Below are positions 56,032-64,000 of a DNA stretch of 64,000 nucleotides, in pieces. The stretch is taken from the IMG/VR virus record IMGVR_UViG_2788499831_000001, positions 1 through 64,000 of that record. The stretch is one strand, 5' to 3'. The position numbers and the translations under genes were made by a program. Below the pieces are notes generated by a model, which searched no databases, was not told where the DNA came from, and saw nothing but the letters and a program-made list of their open reading frames with translations. The DNA comes from a virus. Its lineage: Duplodnaviria; Caudoviricetes. Within the stretch, counting starts at the first letter, position 1. The number at the start of each line of letters is the position of its first letter.

Positions 56032-56676
56032 TCAATTATAATTATCCAAAGAACTGCCGATGCTATACCACCTAGAACTAAAGCTTTTCCAAACCTATTT
56101 TCATTAACCATATTCATAATATCTACCTCGCTTAGATAAGTTTCGTATAGATTATATTAGTATTGTTAAATCTTAATGGTTTCTATGTGAATTTAATGTG
56201 TTCAATTTCTTGCAATATAAAAAGAGTAGCGATATCGCTGCTCTTGGTTATACAAACAGTATTTTGTTAAAAGTTATTCGTCATCATACATTGAGCATGA
56301 TATATCTAATATCTCGAAAATTTCACCAAGTAACTCTAGGTTGTAGTCGTGTTTTATTTTGTCCCAGGCAACACCTTTAAATCCGAATGTATTTTCACAA
56401 TACCTAAACATCTTCTCGAATTCTCCAAATTCATCTAAGTCGAAATCTGTACTGTATATCTTTACACAATATATGATAATTAACACTCTCCATTATATTT
56501 TTATTAAAGATTTATTCAGTACTAGGAATTACCCACCATTTACCCTTTAAATATATATAGCCAAGATGTCCTCCGGGTTTTCGATTCATATCTATGACAC
56601 GATCGCATTCATGAGGTTCTTTAATAGTTTTTATAAATTCTTTTACATCTGTAATTCCATTTCCGTAATCATACAT
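56032..56676. repeat. 645-bp direct repeat, right copy (flanks ~55945 and ~56710)
   Basis: Matches 2060..2704. Confidence 0.97.
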
Positions 56677-56743
56677 GATGAAATCCAGCTCCTTTGCAAA
56701 ATAAAAAAGCCTGTTGCTACACGCTTGAATTTCGAATTTACAT

Positions 56744-56878
56744 TTATGACTTTAGTTGTGGAGTGATTAAGATTGCATCCATTTCTTGCTGTGTTAAATA
56801 TCCTTTTGCGGCACAAGCTCTCACATATGTTTCATCGGCTTTTTTCATAAACCACATATTTAAAATAAATTGATACAT
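56744..56878 (-). CDS. XkdX-like 44-aa protein (not in ORF track)
   Basis: MYQFILNMWF...AKGYLTQQEMDAI; position before the lysis genes. Confidence 0.7.
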   Translation of the reverse strand: MYQFILNMWFMKKADETYVRACAAKGYLTQQEMDAILITPQLKS

Positions 56879-56880
56879 AA

Positions 56881-57216
56881 TTACTTACCTCCCATTATTA
56901 ATTCCATTAATGCATTTTCTACGGCTTCTAAACGTTCAAGTGCCGTTGGTTTTGATTGTTTTTCTTTCCACTCATTCCCTGTCCATTCCCAAGTCTTCAC
57001 GAAATCAGATGGAACGATTAATGTCGAGTTTGGAGGTGGCTCATAAGTTACTACCGTTTCTATATTGCCACTAGGATCATGTAACTGTGCTTCGATTAGG
57101 TCAATAAATAACTGACCATCACTTGTTCTATATTGTGTAATTCCTTCTACATCAACAAATTTAATGTATATTTTGCTGTTATCCCATACATAATATCGTC
57201 GTTTCATAACATTCAC
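56881..57216 (-). CDS. XkdW-like tail-associated protein
   Basis: C-terminal KPTALERLEAVENALMEL. Confidence 0.65.
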   Translation of the reverse strand: MNVMKRRYYVWDNSKIYIKFVDVEGITQYRTSDGQLFIDLIEAQLHDPSGNIETVVTYEPPPNSTLIVPSDFVKTWEWTGNEWKEKQSKPTALERLEAVENALMELIMGGK

Positions 57217-57217
57217 C

Positions 57218-59098
57218 TCAAATTTTAATCCAATATGTGTCTGTCTTTTTCAAGCGTACATATTGACTTTGGGTTAACTCAATTTTTGAACCAATGTTTA
57301 AGAGGTCAGGTCCTGTTCCTGTATTGTTTAAAGTAAGGTTAGCCGCCCCAGCAACGATGAGTGTGATTTCCTGCCCTAACTTAGCTCCAGTTATCTTATT
57401 AATGCTACCTTGTACATTTTTAAACATAAATGGATACGCTTCGTTAAATGGATTCGTGTTTTTGTTTATTAAACTTGAAACATTAAACTCACCATTTATT
57501 GTCCGTGGAGTAACGTTTATATTTCCAAATGTTCTTTGATTGTCAACATATGATAAAGGCATGTTGCCAATGGATACACCACGAATTTGGAAAAGAGCTC
57601 CATCGTAGGCATTTAGTGATGTACGTACGCGTTGCTTTCCTTCAAAGTCTTCTGTTAATTCAGCAATAAAAATAGAATAGGCATTCGGCAATGAATCTGT
57701 TCCATAATAAAATTTCGAGTTACCCGTTGCGGTAATGCTATTCGCATTGACTAGTGCATTGATTACTCGATACCCGATATTAATACCACATCGTGTTGGA
57801 TAGGTAATTGGGTTGTTAGCAACAATAATGTTTGCTTCTGGATATGTTGATTTATCTATCGTTTCTATATAAATACCGTCTCCTGGAATTCGTTGCCCCG
57901 GCCACGCAATATTATTACCAGTTATAGTTAATGTTCTCGGATCTTCAATATGAATCGAATTCCAGCCAGCTTCGAAACATTGATTATCTGATATAGTACC
58001 GAAATTGCTTTGTTTTACATAGATGTTATGGCATTTAGTAGCTGATTTCAAACGATATAATTGATGGAAAAAGAAATTGTCAGAGATGTTATATCCGTCT
58101 TGCCCTTCTAAATGGATATGAGTAATTCCCCTTGTTGTTAAATATCCATGACAGCCTGTAATTTGCCAGTCCCCATGTTGATTGTACCGCCAATTTTGTG
58201 AAACACCTTCATACCATGGCATCCAACTGGTTTTTATACAATAATCCACATTCACAAAAAAACAATCGGTAATTTGAACCCTAGCAGTTTGTTGGTAAGG
58301 AACATCTTCAAACAACGCTTCACCATGGACGGCACGATGATAGTTTTCAAAATAACAATTTTCGACCGTTACACAACGTGTATTCTGAATTACAATTGCA
58401 TCCGTTTTATTGTCTTTATCGTGTTTAAATCTAAGCCCAACAATTTTAGTAAATAAGTCAACAATATTATTGTCATAACTAGGATTAGGCCGCTCTATTG
58501 ATTTTATTTTAATTGTCCCTTGCAAAGTCCCAGGCCCTGTAACAGTTATATGTGGTGATGTGATTAAAACTTCATCATATTTATAAGTGCCCAAAGGGAT
58601 ATAAAGAAGACCTCCTGCAAAAGGAAAATTAGGTTGATTATTTTTTATATAATCAATAGTAGCTTGTATACTATCAGTATTATTAAAGTTTGGATCTTCT
58701 TGTTTACTTTTTGCTCCTGACCAAGTAATACTAATTCCTTTCCCCAGAATATCTTTATCAGCCTTCGTTTGATCAGACACTACTTTTGCTAAAAGTGCAT
58801 CGACTGCATCAGCTCTTTTTCCTGCTGTATCAAATGTTTCACCTGTAACCATACTTGTTCTAAAATCGACCAATTCACTTATAGAAGGATTTTCATTAGT
58901 CATATTAGCAATTTGATTATCATATTTCTTTTCTAATGCGGTTTGTTTATGTTGTGTGTTCTTAGATAATGTTGTGGCTGACTCTGTTTCTTTATTAATA
59001 GCATCTACCGCATCGTGTATAGATCCACGAACTTCTTTACCATAAATGGCAGTTTTGATTCCACGCAGAAAATTAATTATATTAGCCACATCATGCAC
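57218..59098 (-). CDS. tailspike / beta-helix depolymerase-like protein (prophage B)
   Basis: Beta-helix region homologous to 3939..5762. Confidence 0.85.
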   Translation of the reverse strand: MHDVANIINFLRGIKTAIYGKEVRGSIHDAVDAINKETESATTLSKNTQHKQTALEKKYDNQIANMTNENPSISELVDFRTSMVTGETFDTAGKRADAVDALLAKVVSDQTKADKDILGKGISITWSGAKSKQEDPNFNNTDSIQATIDYIKNNQPNFPFAGGLLYIPLGTYKYDEVLITSPHITVTGPGTLQGTIKIKSIERPNPSYDNNIVDLFTKIVGLRFKHDKDNKTDAIVIQNTRCVTVENCYFENYHRAVHGEALFEDVPYQQTARVQITDCFFVNVDYCIKTSWMPWYEGVSQNWRYNQHGDWQITGCHGYLTTRGITHIHLEGQDGYNISDNFFFHQLYRLKSATKCHNIYVKQSNFGTISDNQCFEAGWNSIHIEDPRTLTITGNNIAWPGQRIPGDGIYIETIDKSTYPEANIIVANNPITYPTRCGINIGYRVINALVNANSITATGNSKFYYGTDSLPNAYSIFIAELTEDFEGKQRVRTSLNAYDGALFQIRGVSIGNMPLSYVDNQRTFGNINVTPRTINGEFNVSSLINKNTNPFNEAYPFMFKNVQGSINKITGAKLGQEITLIVAGAANLTLNNTGTGPDLLNIGSKIELTQSQYVRLKKTDTYWIKI

Positions 59099-60617
59099 CT
59101 CCTGTCCCTTCTAATGCAGTTACACGTTTATCTACTGATTGTAGATCTGATTGTACCTTCTCAATACTTTTACTAATTGTTTCAATATTTTTTTCAACCA
59201 TATCTACTTTTTCGCTAACAACTGTAATGTTTTGAGCATTCTTTTCTATATCTTTTTGAATTTGTAAAACACTTTCTGCCGTAGGTAGATTCTGTATTTC
59301 ACCTTCAATTTGTTTTAATGTATTTTCTAAATCAAATACAGATTTAATAATCAACTGTAAATCAACATTGCCAACAGATTCTTTTAAAGTTTGTAGTTCT
59401 TGCTTAGCTTCATCTAGGCTTGTTGATAAAGAACTAATTTTAGTAGTCTGTTTGAACACTGTATTTTGTAGCCCTTCGATATTTTGAGTTGATTTTTGCA
59501 AATCACTTTGATATTGGTTTAAAGTTTTAAATTTATCACCAATTGTTAAACTCGCATTTTGCGGACTATTAATATCCAATGATTTACCTATAATCCTTAA
59601 TCGTTCATCGATACCCATGATTGGATTTTTAACCTGATGAGAATTACCTATTTCAAAAGAATCCATATCAAGTCCAAGTAAAAATAAATCCAGCGCACTG
59701 ATTTTATATTGAACATGAGTAACCTTTTGATTTAAAAACCATTCTCGACCTTTAGATAGAAGGTTGCTAACAATCGTTACATCATCCCATGTTATCGACT
59801 TCCCTTGAATTCCAAAATCGTGTATTAATGCTTTATCATCAAGATAAGGTACGCCATTATTTACAGCTTCAATAGTTAATCTTGCTTCAGATGCATCAGT
59901 TGCCCCCTCTTCTTTAGATTCAACACGAGCCCCTAACGGAGTTAGCCTTGTAACAATTTGAGTAGGATCAATGTCACAAGACATACTGATTAAATTTTTC
60001 GCAATACGAATATCCGTACTCTTATCCTCACCAATCCGATTTACCAAGTCTAAAAAGCGAACTCCGTTTACTTTACGTATTTGAAGTTCGCCATTCAATT
60101 TATCTATTAACTTTTCTTTTATTGTATCGAACGTATCTTTTTCAGCTGATAAATAAAGATATAAATTGTTTGTGGAATTCGTTGCTGTTATATTTCCAAT
60201 TCGAAACTGCTTATATGATTCCACTTGTAAATTGTGATAGTTGATAATCTTCGTAAGAAGTTCGAACGGTGTACCGCGGAATTCCATATGTCGTTGCACA
60301 GAATCATGTAAATATCCAAGTTCTCCTTCACATTCATATGAATCACTATGAAGGCCTGTATTGTCCATATTTTTACTTGGACCTAATACACGCCCTTCAA
60401 ATTCATACTTACCTGTCTTTGTATTTAATACATTAATAAGTGTTTTCAATGGCTTTATCTTATGAAAACCAGGATTGTTCATAAAAAAACTAAAATTAAA
60501 GGAATCTATCAAATTTATTTCCTTTTTTATTACTCCAGATGCTAACTTCAGACCATCTGCATGCGAACTATGAATCATTGTTTCAATACCATCATTAATC
60601 ATCGTAACTTTGTACAT
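59091..60617 (-). CDS. tail endopeptidase-type (Tal) protein (prophage B)
   Basis: TRLTPLG motif; coiled-coil C-terminus. Confidence 0.85.
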   Translation of the reverse strand: MYKVTMINDGIETMIHSSHADGLKLASGVIKKEINLIDSFNFSFFMNNPGFHKIKPLKTLINVLNTKTGKYEFEGRVLGPSKNMDNTGLHSDSYECEGELGYLHDSVQRHMEFRGTPFELLTKIINYHNLQVESYKQFRIGNITATNSTNNLYLYLSAEKDTFDTIKEKLIDKLNGELQIRKVNGVRFLDLVNRIGEDKSTDIRIAKNLISMSCDIDPTQIVTRLTPLGARVESKEEGATDASEARLTIEAVNNGVPYLDDKALIHDFGIQGKSITWDDVTIVSNLLSKGREWFLNQKVTHVQYKISALDLFLLGLDMDSFEIGNSHQVKNPIMGIDERLRIIGKSLDINSPQNASLTIGDKFKTLNQYQSDLQKSTQNIEGLQNTVFKQTTKISSLSTSLDEAKQELQTLKESVGNVDLQLIIKSVFDLENTLKQIEGEIQNLPTAESVLQIQKDIEKNAQNITVVSEKVDMVEKNIETISKSIEKVQSDLQSVDKRVTALEGTGGA

Positions 60618-61330
60618 TAAATCAACTCCTTATAAAAGCGAAATGATATTGTGCCACTACCATTGATTCTAAGTACGTTTTCTCCTGATTTAAGTACAAA
60701 ATTTTTATCTTTTGTAACACCTGCAGGTACTGAGTATGTAACACCATCTTTAATAATTTTCATCGAATTAGAGGTTTTTATTTCAGGTACCGCGTCTGGA
60801 GTACCCACATTTAATAATGTAACTGTCAATGCGCCCTTTACAATGAAATCAGTCGTTTGTGCCACATCTAAATCAAAGTTAAAACTATCCCATATGTCGT
60901 TACCCTCATGTAATTCAGCAATCATAAAAGGATACGCTCTGAAGGATACCGTCATTGTTCCAGTTTCCCAATCGTCTTGGAAATCTGCTGCACTTTCCAC
61001 TTCAGCTAAGAAATAATAACCAGGTATCGTATCATCATAAAGCTTTTTTCTCCCGTTAGTATTCATAAGCCAATTAATTAATTTTGTTTTTTCAATTTGC
61101 ATTGCATGAGGTGTATAGTTTCCTCTTCTTAGAATATTAAATTGATATTTTAATTCTCTGGAACCGTATGTTTGCGACCCATATAGCTCACTGAAATCAT
61201 ACTCCACATTTGAAAAAGGAACTTGTACAATTATCTTTTCTTTAGAAGGAAATCCAATATCCCTTTCAGCTGGCATAGTATAGCCCATGTCATTATATGA
61301 ATGTTTTCCATCAAATTTAATACCGTACAT
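60617..61330 (-). CDS. distal tail protein (prophage B)
   Basis: After TMP; LKSGENVLRI. Confidence 0.85.
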   Translation of the reverse strand: MYGIKFDGKHSYNDMGYTMPAERDIGFPSKEKIIVQVPFSNVEYDFSELYGSQTYGSRELKYQFNILRRGNYTPHAMQIEKTKLINWLMNTNGRKKLYDDTIPGYYFLAEVESAADFQDDWETGTMTVSFRAYPFMIAELHEGNDIWDSFNFDLDVAQTTDFIVKGALTVTLLNVGTPDAVPEIKTSNSMKIIKDGVTYSVPAGVTKDKNFVLKSGENVLRINGSGTISFRFYKELI

Positions 61331-63994
61331 CTATGCCAGCCCCCTTTCAATTCTTCTAATTCTTACGCCACCTTCATGATCTGTATAATCTCCGGTGATT
61401 TGAGCAAACGTTCTTCCATCCACTTGTAAAATAATTGGACGGTCATTACTTTGCTGTGGCATCGTAGATGCAATTCCTTTTCCAATTGCACCAAGTGTTT
61501 TCTCATTTAAAGGTAAAACACCCTCTGGTCCAGCTTCACCTGCGCCTTGTAAATTGCCGCCGTTCATTCCAAAAATAGTTGGACGAGTGAATATACCACC
61601 TTTAGCACGCCATTCTATACCAATCCCTGATGGATATTCAATATCTTTTCCCAAAACATTTTTATGACTAGTCTGCAGACTGAAGTGTGGCATTTTGGGC
61701 ATTTCAGGTTTAGGAATTTTTAATTTGAGTCCATCAAAGAATCCCTTGATTTTATCAATAAATCCCTTCACCCCTTCAACCGCTTCCTTTATCGGATCCA
61801 TAATAAATCGCTTTGCTGCATCGAATTTTTCCTTAGCTGCATTCTTAACAGCATCAAATTTTTCTTTGGCTGAATTATAGAGTTCATTGAATTTTTCTTT
61901 GGTCGAGTTATAAGCTGAAATAACCGGATCAATGATATATTTATAAACTGCCTGCCATGCCGCAAGTGTATAAGATTGGATTTTCGCCCAATTTGCTAAT
62001 ATCCAATTCGCTAAATCATTTAGTTTTTCTTTTGTTGCGCTCCACAATTCCTGAACTGGTTGAATGACATACTGTTTCACTAAACTCCACGCTGCAGACG
62101 TATACGACTTCACTGTTTCCCACTGTGAATTTAACCAGGAAACTAGCTCACCAAGCTGAGATTTACACCAGTTATACGCTTCAACCATTGGATCAATAAT
62201 ATATTTACTAATGGCAGCCCAGGCAATTTGAGTTCCCGCTTGTATCAATAACCACCCTGCTTCTAAAACGACAGAAACCGCCGAAATAATTGGATCTAAA
62301 ACTGTGAGTATTGTATTCCACGTATCTTGCCAAGCCTGAATCAATGACCCCCACAATTCAGATGCTGTTTCGACAAGTGACGACCACCAAGATGACGCTG
62401 TTTCGACAATTCCGGACCACAAATCACTAAAGAATTGACCTATTGGGTCAAAAAAGCTATGCATCATCTCAATAAATGAAGACCAGGCACCTGAGAAGTA
62501 TTCAACTGTGGAAGACCATCCATCGCTACAAGCCTGAACTAAACCAGACCACAATTCACCAAACCAGGATGAGAATTGCGACCACTTTTCTGAAAGCCAA
62601 TCGGTTATTTGTCCCCAGTTCTGTATTGCCCAAATAACGCCTGCTATTACAGCCGCTACTCCAGCGATAACAAGCATGACAACTCCAAGTGTTGTACCCA
62701 ATACGCTAACCGACACTACAACTGCAGCAATGATGGGTGCCAAAACACCTACTACAGCTATCAATCCAGCAAAAACATAAACAAAGTTTTGAATCGGTTC
62801 CGGTAGATTTGTAAACCACTCAATTACAGATTTAATCCCTTCTACTAATGGCGGTAAAATATCTTTAGCTAATTCAGCGAGTTTTTTTCCAACTGGCTCT
62901 AAGGCTGCTTGTGTTTCTCTTAACGCCTTTTGAAATTGTTGACCAAGTGATTCTTCTTGAAGCTTCTTCATTTCTTCCATACGTCCGTTTACATCACCAA
63001 GACCACCATGAACATTATTTAAACTCAATACTGCTTCTGCGCCCATGTCCTCCCATTTCGTGCCGAATAAAGCTACTCCAATTTGGTTTGCTGCTACTTT
63101 GTCATCCATCTTTTGAAGGTCACCTAACACAGCGTTAAATACATCCGCTGCGGTTCCTTTTCCTTCGTTGAATGATTTCCATACTTTTTGTGTCTCTTCA
63201 GATAAATCACCGAATCCTTCTGACACACCTTTTGATCCATCTTGTACACGAATACCGAATTCTTTTACAAGGTCATTGATATAATCAAGATTGTACGAAC
63301 CATTTTTAGTCCCATTCGCAAGGATAGTGAACATTTCTTGAGCACTAAAACCACCTTGTTTAAATAATGGTGCATATTCCGAAAGATTATCAAATAGTTC
63401 ATCAGAATAATTCAACCCTTCTTGAGCCCCTGCAGCGAGTAAATCAAATGTTTCCTGTGTTGATAAACCAAACTGCGACATTAACTGTCCTGCACCTCTC
63501 GTAGCCTCGTTTAAATCAACATCATAGACTTTAGCAAGTGTTAAAACATCTTCTGATGCCATTTGTAACTCATCGTATGGAACATCACGCATATTTTGAA
63601 AAACTTTTACAAGCGCGTTATCAACTTCCTCAAGACTTTCGCCAAATCCCTTTTTCCACACATCTTTCGAAATCTTACCGAGATTCTCTGCACCTTTTTG
63701 AGTCAATCCTAATGAAGCTTGAATCTTCCGTTGTGATCTATCAAAATCTATTGCTATACCTACGGTCGCTTTACCAAGTTCGATTAATTGTTGAGACATC
63801 CCCTGCAGCATTTGAGTGGCTTCCATCATGTTATGCAAATCTAACTTCTTACCAAGTTGCTCCATACCGTCTGCAGCTTGATCTCCACTTCTTCCTACAC
63901 TTTGTAATGAATTCTCAAATTGTTTCAATGTAGTTTTAGCTTGATTTAATTTCGTTTCAAGTTGTTGCACTTCTGTGGAATTCTCGCCATACAC
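61331..63994 (-). CDS. tail tape measure protein (prophage B; 5' end outside the window)
   Basis: ALFGTKWEDMG motif; W-rich repeats. Confidence 0.92.
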   Translation of the reverse strand: MYGENSTEVQQLETKLNQAKTTLKQFENSLQSVGRSGDQAADGMEQLGKKLDLHNMMEATQMLQGMSQQLIELGKATVGIAIDFDRSQRKIQASLGLTQKGAENLGKISKDVWKKGFGESLEEVDNALVKVFQNMRDVPYDELQMASEDVLTLAKVYDVDLNEATRGAGQLMSQFGLSTQETFDLLAAGAQEGLNYSDELFDNLSEYAPLFKQGGFSAQEMFTILANGTKNGSYNLDYINDLVKEFGIRVQDGSKGVSEGFGDLSEETQKVWKSFNEGKGTAADVFNAVLGDLQKMDDKVAANQIGVALFGTKWEDMGAEAVLSLNNVHGGLGDVNGRMEEMKKLQEESLGQQFQKALRETQAALEPVGKKLAELAKDILPPLVEGIKSVIEWFTNLPEPIQNFVYVFAGLIAVVGVLAPIIAAVVVSVSVLGTTLGVVMLVIAGVAAVIAGVIWAIQNWGQITDWLSEKWSQFSSWFGELWSGLVQACSDGWSSTVEYFSGAWSSFIEMMHSFFDPIGQFFSDLWSGIVETASSWWSSLVETASELWGSLIQAWQDTWNTILTVLDPIISAVSVVLEAGWLLIQAGTQIAWAAISKYIIDPMVEAYNWCKSQLGELVSWLNSQWETVKSYTSAAWSLVKQYVIQPVQELWSATKEKLNDLANWILANWAKIQSYTLAAWQAVYKYIIDPVISAYNSTKEKFNELYNSAKEKFDAVKNAAKEKFDAAKRFIMDPIKEAVEGVKGFIDKIKGFFDGLKLKIPKPEMPKMPHFSLQTSHKNVLGKDIEYPSGIGIEWRAKGGIFTRPTIFGMNGGNLQGAGEAGPEGVLPLNEKTLGAIGKGIASTMPQQSNDRPIILQVDGRTFAQITGDYTDHEGGVRIRRIERGLA

Positions 63995-64000
63995 ACGCTT

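Larger units (their letters stand above)
2060..56676. mobile_element. phage A: complete circularly permuted phage-plasmid (unit 53,972 bp) flanked by direct repeats
   Basis: All siphovirus modules present once, plus Rep, ParM/ParR and TA; bounded by the 645-bp repeat. Confidence 0.85.
56677..64000 (-). mobile_element. prophage B, tail arm (continues beyond the window)
   Basis: Second, distinct TMP-Dit-Tal-spike-XkdW/XkdX set. Confidence 0.85.

Noticed and set aside
3939-59098. Diversity-generating retroelement or tail-fibre shufflon
   Set aside because: No reverse transcriptase, no adenine-biased template/variable repeat pair, and no inverted repeats flanking alternative spike ends.
1-64000. 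CRISPR array or TIGR-like repeat-spacer array
   Set aside because: No equal-length repeats with regular unique spacers and no cas genes; the 16-bp motif is separated by whole genes.

Overview
AT-rich phage DNA, most likely from a Bacillus cereus-group host (inferred from gene families). The window is best read as two nested siphoviruses. Phage A is a complete, circularly permuted 53,972-bp phage-plasmid-like genome. It has HK97-type head and tail genes, a lytic replisome, a cI/cro switch, an arbitrium aimR-aimP-aimX locus, a plasmid-type Rep with an antisense-RNA-like leader, ParM/ParR partitioning, a type I TA candidate, an orphan tyrosine recombinase and a GH25 lysin. It is bracketed by an apparently identical 645-bp direct repeat (2060-2704 = 56032-56676). 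It sits inside prophage B, whose tail genes (56.7-64 kb) and holin/amidase (651-1966) rejoin if A is excised; this is either a real single-crossover cointegrate or a misassembly. Other highlights: a 229-nt ORF-less group I intron splitting the phage A tape-measure gene, a 16-bp motif at about 10 accessory-gene junctions (22-29 kb) suggesting a cassette array, and an ~850-nt hairpin-rich non-coding leader after the ArpU late regulator. There are also several structured sRNA candidates, unannotated small peptides, and an O-acetyltransferase next to a depolymerase-type tailspike. No CRISPR array, tRNA, rRNA or reverse transcriptase was found. All comparisons were made by eye; no searches or folding programs were run.
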